Below, in pieces: positions 20,742-30,843 of a stretch of 64,000 nt of DNA. The DNA lies in contig CBDESZ010000025.1 of the NCBI GenBank assembly GCA_965242725.1, forward strand, positions 128,001-192,000. The letters are read 5' to 3'. Position 1 is the stretch's first letter; the number at the start of each line of letters is the position of its first letter. The translations under genes were made by a program, and so were the position numbers. Origin of the DNA: Alkalispirochaeta sp. GTDB lineage: Bacteria > Spirochaetota > Spirochaetia > DSM-27196 > Alkalispirochaetaceae. Under the pieces are notes generated by a model that had not been told where the DNA came from, did not search any database, and saw only the letters and a program-made list of their open reading frames with translations.

Positions 20742-20815
20742 GCCGGCTCGGGGAGCGCACCGCAGGAGGCTCCCCGCCCGCCCCTCCCCGCCGGTAATGG
20801 GGCTACTCGCCGACT

Positions 20816-21484
20816 CTAGAGCTCCTTGTGAATGATCTCCCAGTCCCAGCCGGGAGCCCTTTGTACATGGAGCTCCACATAGTGCCGGGCGATCGTCGCC
20901 TTGTCGTACTCACCGCCGTCGGAGACCGGCCGGGTGATCGTCACCGTGGCGGCGTGTATCCCTTCCTGCGAGAGCTCCTGATGGAGGTTCTGAACCCAGT
21001 TGCGCAGCGCCGCCTTTCCCACGGAGTGGGACGCACTGAATTGGGCGGGAAGGATTCCGAAACCGCCTCCCGTATAAAGCAACGTTCCCGCCTTCTTTTT
21101 GCGCATTCCCGGGAGTACCTCGGCGGTTGTATAGAGGGCACCAAAGAACATCGCCGGAAGGGTGTCCAGGATTTCCTGCGCCGTCAGCGCCGCGGGGGGC
21201 GTCTTGACCATGGTGGCAAGGTTGTACACAAGGACATCGGGATCACCCTGTCGCTCCCGTATCGCCTCGAATACCTGATGCACCGATCCGGGGTCGGTCA
21301 GGTCACCCGGGTACGTCTCCACGGAGATTCCCCCGGTTTCACCCGCTATCTCGTCGCCGATTTGCTTCAGGTGATCTTTGGATCGTGCAATCAACGCGAG
21401 GTCCAATCCTTCCTGCGCAAAGGCGCGTGCGATGGAGCGGCCCATTGCGGCGCCGCAGCCGGCTATTACTGCTAATTTCTTCAT
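20816..21484 (-). CDS. SDR family NAD(P)-dependent oxidoreductase
   Basis: IAGCGAAMG, ALIARS, VLVYN and GKAALR motifs; start 21484. Confidence 0.85.
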   Translation of the reverse strand: MKKLAVIAGCGAAMGRSIARAFAQEGLDLALIARSKDHLKQIGDEIAGETGGISVETYPGDLTDPGSVHQVFEAIRERQGDPDVLVYNLATMVKTPPAALTAQEILDTLPAMFFGALYTTAEVLPGMRKKKAGTLLYTGGGFGILPAQFSASHSVGKAALRNWVQNLHQELSQEGIHAATVTITRPVSDGGEYDKATIARHYVELHVQRAPGWDWEIIHKEL

Positions 21485-21561
21485 ACGGCTATTGTAACGT
21501 GAACCCAGACGTATTTGCAGCGGGTATTGCATCGAGGGGGTGGACGGGATACCTTTTGACG

Positions 21562-22317
21562 ATGTCATTCGGTGTGCTCAGCTTTCCGGAGCTTCTCATC
21601 CTGTTTCTCGCCGGTACGGGGGCGGGATTCATAAACACCCTCGCCGGCGGTGGATCGCTTTTGACAATTCCCGCCCTGCTGATGGTCGGTGTCCCGTCGA
21701 CAATCGCAAATGCGACCAATCGCGTCGCTGTTGTCATGCAGTCCCTATACGGCGCCGCCCAGTTCAGAAAACGCGGCGTGTACCGCATCGCCGAATCCCT
21801 TCCCATGTTGCTGCCCTCCTTCACGGGGGCGATTATCGGAGCATTCATTGCGGCGGAGATAGATGAGCGGGTATTTGACATCGTCCTCGGAATCGTTCTG
21901 CTTGTCGTTCTGGTAACGCTCTTTGCCAAACCGCCCCGTGGGATGACGATGCCGGAAATCCCGCAGTGGGTGCGAGTAATCCTTTTTTTTCTCATCGGGT
22001 TGTATGGCGGGTTTGTCCAGACGGGAGTCGGTTTTGTCCTCATTTCCGGAATTACCGTCATATATCGCTATGATCTGATTAAGACAAACGCCCTCAAATT
22101 ACTGGTTGTCGCCCTCTATTCACTTTTTGCAATTGCGGTATTTGCGTGGTATGGTCAGGTATTGTGGCTTCATGGATTGTTTCTCGGTCTGGGAAACATC
22201 ACGGGGGTCACCATCGGTGTGCGCTTCGCCTTCAAGCGGGGAGCCGCCGCCGTACGGTGGATTGTCGTACTGGCCGTTGCGTTGAGTGTCCTGAAACTCT
22301 TCGGCGTGCTGGGATGA
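21562..22317 (+). CDS. TauE/SafE family exporter
   Basis: GFINTLAGGGSLL, ANATNR and GLYGGFVQ motifs; multiple TM segments. Confidence 0.9.
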   Translation: MSFGVLSFPELLILFLAGTGAGFINTLAGGGSLLTIPALLMVGVPSTIANATNRVAVVMQSLYGAAQFRKRGVYRIAESLPMLLPSFTGAIIGAFIAAEIDERVFDIVLGIVLLVVLVTLFAKPPRGMTMPEIPQWVRVILFFLIGLYGGFVQTGVGFVLISGITVIYRYDLIKTNALKLLVVALYSLFAIAVFAWYGQVLWLHGLFLGLGNITGVTIGVRFAFKRGAAAVRWIVVLAVALSVLKLFGVLG

Positions 22318-22365
22318 TCTGCCGAAAGGATAAGAAATAAGATAACGCGAAGGAGCGTCGGAAAT

Positions 22366-22653
22366 ATGGCGGGAAAAAAGAAAATACTGGTCGCCTGTGG
22401 AACGGCGATCGCCACGTCGACCGTTGTGGCGCGGAAAATAGAAGAAGAGTTGGGGAAACGGGGTATCGACGTGGAGACGACCCAGTGCAAGGCGGCGGAA
22501 GTCCCGTCAAAGGTGGCGGGACACGATCTTGTCGTGACGACAACCTTTGTATCCGGGACGGGGACGGTGCCGGTGATCCATTCCGTCTCGTTCCTGACCG
22601 GGGTCGGCGTGGAGGACGATATCGCCAGGATTGTGGATTATCTCAATTCCTGA
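22366..22653 (+). CDS. PTS EIIB component, galactitol (GatB-like) family
   Basis: ILVACGTAIATSTV phosphorylation loop, FLTGVG; AAGGAG SD. Confidence 0.9.
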   Translation: MAGKKKILVACGTAIATSTVVARKIEEELGKRGIDVETTQCKAAEVPSKVAGHDLVVTTTFVSGTGTVPVIHSVSFLTGVGVEDDIARIVDYLNS

Positions 22654-22714
22654 GGTGAGCCTGGTGCATAATCGTGGCCCTTTTCCCGTCGTATCTGTAT
22701 AATTATTCACTATT

Positions 22715-24535
22715 ATGAAGTATCCTGTTGCGGCGTGGGCCACAGTGGCCGTTGTATTGACCCTTTTCACGGGATGTGGAGGGGAAGCGGAAATAACCAG
22801 GGAGAGTGCGGCGGAAGAGAGAACCGACCGGCGCAGCCAGCTTCTGGATCAGACCGTTTCCCGACCGGGACCGCCGGAATACCGCATCGGACGCGTCGGT
22901 GGGGAGTACGTCTCGGCGATTAATAACGATCCCAAGACGTTTAACACCCTCACCGCCCGGGACGGCGACAGCAGGACGATCGTCGACTCCCTGACGAGCT
23001 ATCTTGCGGAATACGACCCGTATGAACGGGAGTTTATACCCGCCCTCGCAACGTTCGAGATCGAAGTGGATGAGGCACAGGATCGTGTGCGCGTCTACTA
23101 CACCCTGCGGGATGATCTCTTTTGGACAACACCGGATTCAACGCCGGATAGCTGGGTTCCCGTCACCGCTGATGATATTGTCTATTGGTACGATGAGATC
23201 GATGGCGACGCGGAACTCCAGCTGCCCGGTTATCCCGGTCAGTTTGTGGATATGCCCGACGGGAGTCAGGAGCGGACAACGGTGGAAAAGGTGGACGAGC
23301 GGACGGTCGTCTTTACCTTTCCTCGAATCGTGTCAAATCCAATCCTTCAATCGAATATGCCCGTCTGGCCGCGTCATATCTTTCAACCAGCCAAGGAGGC
23401 AAACGGCGTAGAGGGAGTATTGAATATTCTCGCCGTCGACACCGACGTCACCTCCATACCGAGCGTCGGTGCTTTTCACATCGTTGAATACAGTCCAGGC
23501 GTCCGGGTCGTGTTGCAGCGCAATCCCAACTTCTGGAAGACCGACGACGAAGGGACTCCGCTGCCCTATATCGAACGTCTTATTTATCGCATCGTTCCCG
23601 ACGACAATACGGAGTACCTTCTTTTCCGGGAGGGCCAGAAGGACTCCCATTCGGTGAAGCCGGAACAGCTCGATGAACTGGTCAGCGCACCGAATCGGGA
23701 TTACACCGTCTTTAACGGCGGGGAATCCCTGGGTTCCGCCTTTTTCGTCTTCAACCAGAACCCCGCCAATATCGATCCCGTCAAGCACAGTTGGTTCATT
23801 CAGACCGAATTCCGACAGGCGATGAGTTCTCTTCTCAACCGCCGGCGTATCGTCGATCAGGTATATCGCGGCCTCGCCGCTCCTGCCCACCATTTTGCGG
23901 CAAAGGCAAATATGTTTTTTGACCCCGAAATCCGTCTGGAGTATACCTACGATCCCGAAGCGGCGATCGATCTCCTCGCATCGATCGGAATCACCCCCGG
24001 GGAGGACGGACTGATGTATGACGGTGCGGGTAACCACATCGAATTTGACATCATCATGGGAGCGGAGAGTCAGATCGGCATTGACATGGCAACGATCTTT
24101 GCCGACGAGTTGTCGGAAATCGGCATCACCGCCAACGTTCGGCCCGTGGACTTCCAGAATCTGGTGGAACGGGTGATGAATACCTATGACTGGGACGCGG
24201 CGACTCTCGCTCTCGGCAGCAACTACTGGCCTTCCGGAGGGAGCAACGTCTGGCAGTCGGGAGGAAATTTCCATCTCTGGAATCCTCTGCAGCCGGAGCC
24301 GGCGACCGAGTGGGAGGCGGAAATCGACCGCCTCTACAACGCCGTTCGCTTCACCATTGATGAGTCAGAGGCGCGTCGTCTCTACAACGAGTTTCAGCGG
24401 ATTCTCCTGACGGAGCTGCCCCTCATGTATACGGTCCATCCCTTTTCGTTCCTGGCGATACGTGACAAATGGAATAATGTCTATTTCGATACCCTCGGTG
24501 GTGCCGAGCTGGAGTACTTCTATTTGAATCCATGA
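22715..24535 (+). CDS. ABC transporter substrate-binding lipoprotein (family 5, Opp/Dpp-like)
   Basis: Lipobox LFTGC; DPKTFN, VTADD and RNPNFWK motifs. Confidence 0.9.
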   Translation: MKYPVAAWATVAVVLTLFTGCGGEAEITRESAAEERTDRRSQLLDQTVSRPGPPEYRIGRVGGEYVSAINNDPKTFNTLTARDGDSRTIVDSLTSYLAEYDPYEREFIPALATFEIEVDEAQDRVRVYYTLRDDLFWTTPDSTPDSWVPVTADDIVYWYDEIDGDAELQLPGYPGQFVDMPDGSQERTTVEKVDERTVVFTFPRIVSNPILQSNMPVWPRHIFQPAKEANGVEGVLNILAVDTDVTSIPSVGAFHIVEYSPGVRVVLQRNPNFWKTDDEGTPLPYIERLIYRIVPDDNTEYLLFREGQKDSHSVKPEQLDELVSAPNRDYTVFNGGESLGSAFFVFNQNPANIDPVKHSWFIQTEFRQAMSSLLNRRRIVDQVYRGLAAPAHHFAAKANMFFDPEIRLEYTYDPEAAIDLLASIGITPGEDGLMYDGAGNHIEFDIIMGAESQIGIDMATIFADELSEIGITANVRPVDFQNLVERVMNTYDWDAATLALGSNYWPSGGSNVWQSGGNFHLWNPLQPEPATEWEAEIDRLYNAVRFTIDESEARRLYNEFQRILLTELPLMYTVHPFSFLAIRDKWNNVYFDTLGGAELEYFYLNP

Positions 24536-25587
24536 ATGTCCTGAGGCCGCTCCATATTTTCCGTCGAGACCATCCCCTCGTGGCCTTTATCGCGGGGCGG
24601 ATGGTTTCCATGGTCACCATACTCTTTATCCTCGGATTCGCCGTTTTCGGTCTCATGGCGCTCTCACCGGGTGACGTGGTGGAGAACTACGTTCGCAGTC
24701 AGATGCTCATGCAGGAGGAGTTCCGTCAGAGCGACAACGTCTATACCGAAGAGGCGATCGCCGCGGCCAAGGCGCGGCTCGGACTGGATAAACCCTTCTA
24801 TATACAGTACATGCGCTGGTTGCGGCAGGTTGTCGTGGAGCGTGACCTTGGAAGAAGCCTTCTCAGCCGTGCGCCGATTCTCTTTCTCGTCCGGGATCGC
24901 ATGGTCAACTCCCTGGTGCTCAATCTCATATCCCTCTTTTTTCTGACGATTATCAGTTTCGCTCTGGGCATCTATTTCAGTTCCAAAGTGGGGACGAAGG
25001 TGGATGTGGTTGCCACCCTGATAGCCCTGTTCCTCCATGCGTTTCCCGGTATTCTCCTGCTCATTCTTCTGCAGCTCTTTGCGGCGGTTTCGGGGCTTTT
25101 TCCCATCACGGCGTATCCCGACTTTCCCCCTTCGGAAGGGGCGGTTCGTTTCACCTTCAGTTACCTTTACCACATACTCCTGCCCCTCATCGGTGCGTTC
25201 CTCGGCGGCATCGGGGGTACGATGCGCATGATACGGGCGACGATGCTCGACCAGCTGGGACAGCCCTATATCACCAGTCTCAGAAGCCGTGGTATATCGG
25301 AACGGCGGATTTACTTTGCCCACGCCTTTCGCAACACCCTCAATCCCTACATCACATCCAGTGCAAACCTCTTTGCCGGGCTTTTTTCGGGCTCACTCAT
25401 TCTGGAGATCATTTTCTCCTATCCCGGTATCGGCCGGCTCATGTATGAAGCGGTACGGCAGGAAGACGTCAATCTCGTCCTGGCAAATATCATGTTTATA
25501 AGTTTTCTTGTGCTGCTCGGCATGGTGGTGAGCGACATTCTTCTTGCCGTGGTGGATCCCCGTATACGATACGGAGCGGACCGATGA
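24532..25587 (+). CDS. ABC transporter permease (OppB/DppB-like)
   Basis: GLDKP..QY, DLGRS, HAFRN, YPGIG and VDPRIR motifs. Confidence 0.92.
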   Translation: MNVLRPLHIFRRDHPLVAFIAGRMVSMVTILFILGFAVFGLMALSPGDVVENYVRSQMLMQEEFRQSDNVYTEEAIAAAKARLGLDKPFYIQYMRWLRQVVVERDLGRSLLSRAPILFLVRDRMVNSLVLNLISLFFLTIISFALGIYFSSKVGTKVDVVATLIALFLHAFPGILLLILLQLFAAVSGLFPITAYPDFPPSEGAVRFTFSYLYHILLPLIGAFLGGIGGTMRMIRATMLDQLGQPYITSLRSRGISERRIYFAHAFRNTLNPYITSSANLFAGLFSGSLILEIIFSYPGIGRLMYEAVRQEDVNLVLANIMFISFLVLLGMVVSDILLAVVDPRIRYGADR

Positions 25588-25614
25588 GGGTAGGGCGATG
25601 AGGAAGGTACCACG

Positions 25615-26724
25615 ATGAAGCGATTCTGGCGGGCATTGAGAAAACGGCCCGTTGCGGCGGCCTCTTTCCTCATTCTGATCATGCTGTACGGCGGCATGTT
25701 CATCGCCGAATTTCTGTCGCCCTATACGCCGACGACGGTCTTTCGGGACAGCGCCTACCATCCGCCGAACGTTCGGTTGTACTCAAGGGAGCTCGGATTC
25801 CGGCCGCAGATTCAGCGGCATGCTCTCGTTGATGATGTCAACTGGCGCTACGCACCCCTCAAGGGCGAGTATGTACCCATACGATTCTTCGTGCGCGGCC
25901 CGTCCTACCGACTGTGGGGAATCATCCCGTCCACATTGCACCTCTTCGGCACCGATGAGGCGTATCAGGGAACATCGGGCAGAAGTTTTATCGGAAGCAA
26001 TCAAAACGAACCGGTCTTTCTGATGGGCGCCGACAACCTCGGGAGGGATCTCTTCAGCCGCATCCTTTACGGAAGTCGCATATCCCTGACCATCGGATTT
26101 ATCGGCATTACCATATCCCTTACGCTGGCAATCATGCTCGGCGGGCTGGCTGGCTACTTCGGCGGCTGGGCGGACTGGTTCATTATGCGATTTGCAGAGT
26201 TCTTTATCCTCATTCCCGGCCTCTATGTGATTCTCTTTCTGCGGAGTCTCCTTTCCCGGGAGATGGATTCGGGGCAGTCATTTCTGCTCATTACCGTCAT
26301 TCTCTCCTTTGTCGGGTGGCCCGGGAGTGCCCGGTTGATCCGGGGGCTTGTGCACAGTATCAAACGGGAGGATTTTATCGTAAACGCCCAGCTGGAAGGG
26401 ATTCCGCCCCTGGTCATCGTCTTTCGCCATATCATTCCCCAGATGTCTTCCATACTCATCGTCAGCATCACCCTCGGCATTCCCGGCTTCATTCTCGGCG
26501 AGACGGTCCTGAGCTATCTCGGACTGGGTATCGTGGAACCGGCGGTGAGCTGGGGAAGTCTCCTCAACCGGGAGGTGACGACCCTCGTCAATCTGCGTCT
26601 CTTTCCGTGGTTTCTCTATCCCGGACTCTTTCTACTTCTCACGACCCTGGGGTTCAATTTCATCGGTGACCTTCTCCGGGATGTCCTTGATCCCTATTAC
26701 CGGGAGCGGAGGATTGGGCTGTGA
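25615..26724 (+). CDS. ABC transporter permease (OppC/DppC-like)
   Basis: GADNLGRDLFSRILYGSRISL, RHIIP, LSYLGLG and GDLLRDVLDP motifs. Confidence 0.92.
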   Translation: MKRFWRALRKRPVAAASFLILIMLYGGMFIAEFLSPYTPTTVFRDSAYHPPNVRLYSRELGFRPQIQRHALVDDVNWRYAPLKGEYVPIRFFVRGPSYRLWGIIPSTLHLFGTDEAYQGTSGRSFIGSNQNEPVFLMGADNLGRDLFSRILYGSRISLTIGFIGITISLTLAIMLGGLAGYFGGWADWFIMRFAEFFILIPGLYVILFLRSLLSREMDSGQSFLLITVILSFVGWPGSARLIRGLVHSIKREDFIVNAQLEGIPPLVIVFRHIIPQMSSILIVSITLGIPGFILGETVLSYLGLGIVEPAVSWGSLLNREVTTLVNLRLFPWFLYPGLFLLLTTLGFNFIGDLLRDVLDPYYRERRIGL

Positions 26725-27776
26725 GGCGACAAATGATGTCCCCGGGATCCGAGGGCGGCGGGACCGGTTCGTCGTCACCGGACAATGGGACCGCAGCGAT
26801 TCTCCAGGTCGATAACCTGCACGTAGATTTTGCCGCAGGCAGTCGGGTCCTTCAGGCGGTTCGGGGCGTCGATTTCAATCTGCGGGAAGGCGAAATTCTC
26901 GGAATCGTCGGCGAGTCCGGCAGCGGCAAGAGCGTAACCGCCTACGCCCTCATGCGACTCATTCCCGCCAACGGACGGGTACGGACCGGCACGATCAGGT
27001 ATCGCAACCGTGATGTTGCCACCCTTTCGCCACGGGAACTGCGGGAGTTTCGGGGAAGGGAGATCGCCATGATCTTTCAGGAACCGGGCCGCTCCTTTGA
27101 TCCGATCTATTCGATCGGGAAGTCCCTGGCCGAGACGCTGCGGGCACACCAGCCGGAGCTCACCGATGACGAAATCCGTCGTCGGTCGTTGAGGCTCCTT
27201 GAAGAGGTGCATATCACCAATCCCGCCGAACGGCTCAATAACTTCCCCCATCAGTTTTCAGGGGGGCTGCTGCAGCGCATTATGATCGCACACGCCCTCG
27301 CCGCGGAGCCGCGCATTCTCATCGCCGACGAGCCGACCACCGCGCTGGATGTGACGATACAGGCGGGCATTATCCAGCTGTTGAAAGAGCTGCGGCGTAG
27401 CAGGGGCGTTGCGATCATATTCATCACCCACAATCTCGCCCTGATATCCGGATTTGCCGACCGTATCGTCGTCATGTACGGCGGCATGGTCATGGAAGAA
27501 GGTCCCGTCGGAGAGGTCCTCCATCGCCCTCGTCATCCCTACACCGCGGGACTTCTCGGCAGTCTGGTCCCCTTCGGCAACCACCACAGCGAGCACGACC
27601 TTGCAATCCTGGACGGAACGCCGCCGAATCCCCTTCAACCGGAACCGGGGTGTCCCTTTGCGCCGCGCTGTCCCTGGGTGGTGGACCGATGTACCGCCGC
27701 TGTTCCTGAATTGAGGAGGGATCGTTTTAATGACACCCTCTATTACCGGTGCATCGTGTCGGAGGGGCCTCTGTGA
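26721..27776 (+). CDS. ABC transporter ATP-binding protein (OppD-like)
   Basis: GESGSGKS, ADEPTTALD, HPYT and GCPFAPRC motifs. Confidence 0.93.
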   Translation: MRRQMMSPGSEGGGTGSSSPDNGTAAILQVDNLHVDFAAGSRVLQAVRGVDFNLREGEILGIVGESGSGKSVTAYALMRLIPANGRVRTGTIRYRNRDVATLSPRELREFRGREIAMIFQEPGRSFDPIYSIGKSLAETLRAHQPELTDDEIRRRSLRLLEEVHITNPAERLNNFPHQFSGGLLQRIMIAHALAAEPRILIADEPTTALDVTIQAGIIQLLKELRRSRGVAIIFITHNLALISGFADRIVVMYGGMVMEEGPVGEVLHRPRHPYTAGLLGSLVPFGNHHSEHDLAILDGTPPNPLQPEPGCPFAPRCPWVVDRCTAAVPELRRDRFNDTLYYRCIVSEGPL

Positions 27777-28759
27777 TCGTCCTCGAGGATGTCCATAAGC
27801 GGTATCCCCTTCACGCCGGTTTTTTTGCCCGTCAGGACGCGTCGGTCTTTGCGGTGAACGGCGTATCCCTCACCATCAGGGAGGGGGAAATTTACGGGCT
27901 CGTCGGTGAATCCGGCTGCGGAAAGACGACGACGGCACGCCTTCTCGTGCGTATGGAACGCCTCACCGAAGGGAGCATCTCCTATACCGATCGGTCCGGA
28001 CGGAGCTACCAGCTTGACCACATCGATCGTACCGGCCTGCGGGCGTTGAGAAGCCGCATACGCTACATCTTCCAGGACCCGGCGCGTTCCCTCAATCCCC
28101 GCCTCACGATTCGGGACGTGCTGCTGTCGGGATATCGCTACGCTCCCAGCTGGCCGGGAAAAAGGAAGGCCGAGGAAGAGGCGGCGTCACTCCTCGACGA
28201 GGTTGGGCTCTCGCCTGATGACCTCGACCGACGGCCCGCCGATTTCTCAGGCGGGCAACGGCAGCGAATCTCAATCGCCCGTGCGCTCATCACAAAACCG
28301 GAGGTTCTCATTTGTGATGAGGTGGTGAGCGCCCTGGATGTCTCCATACAGGGGCAGATTCTCCGTCTTCTTCTCCGTCTGCGGGAAGAACGAAATCTGA
28401 CGATGGTCTTTATCGCCCACGATCTCGCCGTCGTAGGATATGTGAGCGATCGCATCGGTGTCATGTATCGGGGAGTACTGGTGGAAGAGGCTCCGGCAAA
28501 GACGCTCCTCAGGGAACACCGGCACCCCTATACACGCTATCTCTTCCGTTCCATTCCGACGCTGGGCACTCCCGTTGCCGACGGGAATGGTGAGGGCGCC
28601 ACGAATACGGAGGCAGGAGACTCTCCGTTCGGTCGCCGGGGCGATCCGACCGAAAACCCCGTATCCAGCCCGGACGATCTGGTCATGGAAGAGGCGGGCC
28701 CGGATCATCGTGTCGGGAGGATCTTTTTCAGTCGGGAGGCTCCCGATGGGGATATCTGA
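27773..28759 (+). CDS. ABC transporter ATP-binding protein (OppF-like)
   Basis: GESGCGKT, FSGGQRQR and DEVVSALD motifs; GTGA overlap start. Confidence 0.92.
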   Translation: MIVLEDVHKRYPLHAGFFARQDASVFAVNGVSLTIREGEIYGLVGESGCGKTTTARLLVRMERLTEGSISYTDRSGRSYQLDHIDRTGLRALRSRIRYIFQDPARSLNPRLTIRDVLLSGYRYAPSWPGKRKAEEEAASLLDEVGLSPDDLDRRPADFSGGQRQRISIARALITKPEVLICDEVVSALDVSIQGQILRLLLRLREERNLTMVFIAHDLAVVGYVSDRIGVMYRGVLVEEAPAKTLLREHRHPYTRYLFRSIPTLGTPVADGNGEGATNTEAGDSPFGRRGDPTENPVSSPDDLVMEEAGPDHRVGRIFFSREAPDGDI

Positions 28760-29384
28760 TCTCCGTCACATCGGCGAGACCGCCACCTCCGCCGCCTTTG
28801 ACCTCTTCATGGCGCCACTGGAACGGTGGAAACTGCATCGAATTCGTTCCCGCCTCATTCCGGCGGCAACGGGGGACGTGCTTGAGATCGGGGCAGGGAC
28901 GGGGATCAACATACGATACTACCGTCCCGAACAGGTCAATTCACTCACGTTGAGCGACCGGGACGATCGTCGTATAACCCTGGCGAAACGCGTGGACGAG
29001 CTTGCGCCCCAACTCTCCCGGAAGACCCTGGTTCAGCGGCTCGACGCCGAAGGGTTGCCCTTTCCCGACGCGTCCTTTGATACGGTGGTGGCGACACTCC
29101 TTTTCTGCTCCGTCGATTGTCCGCCCTGCGGCTTCGATGAAATAGCGCGCGTGCTGAGACGGGGCGGCAGGTATCTCTTTCTTGAACACGTTGTGCCCCC
29201 CGAACCGGGACGGGCGAAGGTATTTAATGCCATAAATCCTCTCTGGAATACCCTTTCCCGGGGGTGCAATCTCAACCGGGATACCGTCGGTGAGATGGCT
29301 CGTGCCGGATTTCGCCTTGAGAAGGTGGAGCGGGACGGGGGGAACGGAATATTTGTCTGGGGAGTCGCGACGCCGCCGGGGTGA
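28746..29384 (+). CDS. Class I SAM-dependent methyltransferase
   Basis: VLEIGAGTG, LPFPDASFDTV, FLEHV and GCNLNRD motifs. Confidence 0.88.
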   Translation: MGISDLRHIGETATSAAFDLFMAPLERWKLHRIRSRLIPAATGDVLEIGAGTGINIRYYRPEQVNSLTLSDRDDRRITLAKRVDELAPQLSRKTLVQRLDAEGLPFPDASFDTVVATLLFCSVDCPPCGFDEIARVLRRGGRYLFLEHVVPPEPGRAKVFNAINPLWNTLSRGCNLNRDTVGEMARAGFRLEKVERDGGNGIFVWGVATPPG

Positions 29385-29435
29385 AGGCGGCCTAACTGTA
29401 CAGCACATTACATCGGCGCTATACTCCCTCCTTCC

Positions 29436-30824
29436 ATGTTTTTTTCGACGGTGAAGCGAATCGTCCTGCTGGGAACGCCCCTGCTGGCCGGTAATCTGGC
29501 TACCTACCTCATGAAAGTCGTCGACCTGGCGATGCTGGGACGTCTGGGTACCACAACGCTCGCTGCGGCGGGTATCGCCACCCTGGCGACGGGCGTTCTC
29601 TATACCTTCATATGGCCCGTCTCACTGGGGGTGCAGGCTCTTGCAAGCCGGCGGTACGGCAGGCAGACGATTGCGGGGATCAGGGAAGGAGACATGGAGT
29701 CCCGGCGCCGGGAAACGGCGTGGGTGCTCTCAAACGGCGCCATCGCAGGATGGATTTCCGCCGCACTCGCGTTGATTCTTTCTACAGTCGTCGGGCCGGT
29801 TCTGCGTCTCCTGCTTGCCGACGGCAACCTTGCCTCCCTCGCCATGGAGTACGTACGCGTCCTCAGGTGGAGCATGATCGTCATGAGTCTCGGGATGGCT
29901 CACCGGGGCTTCTTTGGAGCGGTCAATCGGACATCCATCGTCATGGCGGCCACCATTCTGGGAAACGGCCTGAACGTTCTGCTCAACTACGCGTTTATTT
30001 TCGGAAATTTCGGTGCTCCCGCCCTGGGGATACGGGGGGCAGCTCTGGGAACGCTCCTTTCCGAAGGGGCTCTCACATTGTTGTTCCTCCTGTACGGGCA
30101 GTTGGCTCCTTCGATGCGACCGTACCGCCTCCTGCGCTTTGCCCATGTCCGCAGGAAGACGATTGAAGACATCATACGGGTGATGGTGCCGCCGGCGGTG
30201 CAGAATACCGCCGCACTCTCCATTTTCCTTATCTACCAGACCCTCATTGGACGGCTCGGTACGGAGTACCTCGCGGTAACGGCGCTGCTTTTCAGTATTT
30301 TTCGGATCAATAAAACAATGGTCGGTGGGTTTGCCCAGGGGGCGTCCATCCTTGTCGGAAACAGCCTCGGGGCGGGAGACAGGGCGCACAGTCGTACAGT
30401 CATAGCGGCGCAGCAGCTGCTCGCCGCCATTATCGGAACGATTATCGTTGTGGTTCTTCTGTCCGTCCCGGAGGGCGTTCTCAGTCTCTTTGCCCTTGAG
30501 GAGAATCTCCTGCCCCTGGGGACGACGGTACTCCATTTTTTCGTCGCCTTTTTCTTTATCGAGGTCCTGGGGTACTCCTTCGAAATCATCTTCAGCCATA
30601 ACGGCTGGGGAAAACTGGTGCTTGCCTCCGAGTTCTCTACAAACGTCGTCTTCATTCTCGGGGCGACGATCCTTTCCGTCTGGGTCTTTGACTTCGGCAT
30701 CTGGGGGGCATGGACCGCATTTGCCCTCTATCAGGTTGCGCATGCGATTATTCTCACAATAGGCTTCTTCTCCGGGCGTTGGATGGCGGTTGAAGTGGAG
30801 CGGCCGGTACCGCAGAAAGGCTGA
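29436..30824 (+). CDS. MATE family efflux transporter
   Basis: VDLAMLGRLG and FGNFGAPALGIRGAAL motifs; about 12 TM segments. Confidence 0.9.
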   Translation: MFFSTVKRIVLLGTPLLAGNLATYLMKVVDLAMLGRLGTTTLAAAGIATLATGVLYTFIWPVSLGVQALASRRYGRQTIAGIREGDMESRRRETAWVLSNGAIAGWISAALALILSTVVGPVLRLLLADGNLASLAMEYVRVLRWSMIVMSLGMAHRGFFGAVNRTSIVMAATILGNGLNVLLNYAFIFGNFGAPALGIRGAALGTLLSEGALTLLFLLYGQLAPSMRPYRLLRFAHVRRKTIEDIIRVMVPPAVQNTAALSIFLIYQTLIGRLGTEYLAVTALLFSIFRINKTMVGGFAQGASILVGNSLGAGDRAHSRTVIAAQQLLAAIIGTIIVVVLLSVPEGVLSLFALEENLLPLGTTVLHFFVAFFFIEVLGYSFEIIFSHNGWGKLVLASEFSTNVVFILGATILSVWVFDFGIWGAWTAFALYQVAHAIILTIGFFSGRWMAVEVERPVPQKG

Positions 30825-30843
30825 TCGTGATATCCTGACGTCT

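Noticed and set aside
28458..28745. N-terminal extension of the methyltransferase ORF, and similar extensions at 9241, 15977, 16416, 21385, 21568, 42693 and 48572
   Set aside because: The extensions overlap neighbouring genes or promoters and lack family similarity; downstream starts have SD or -10 support.
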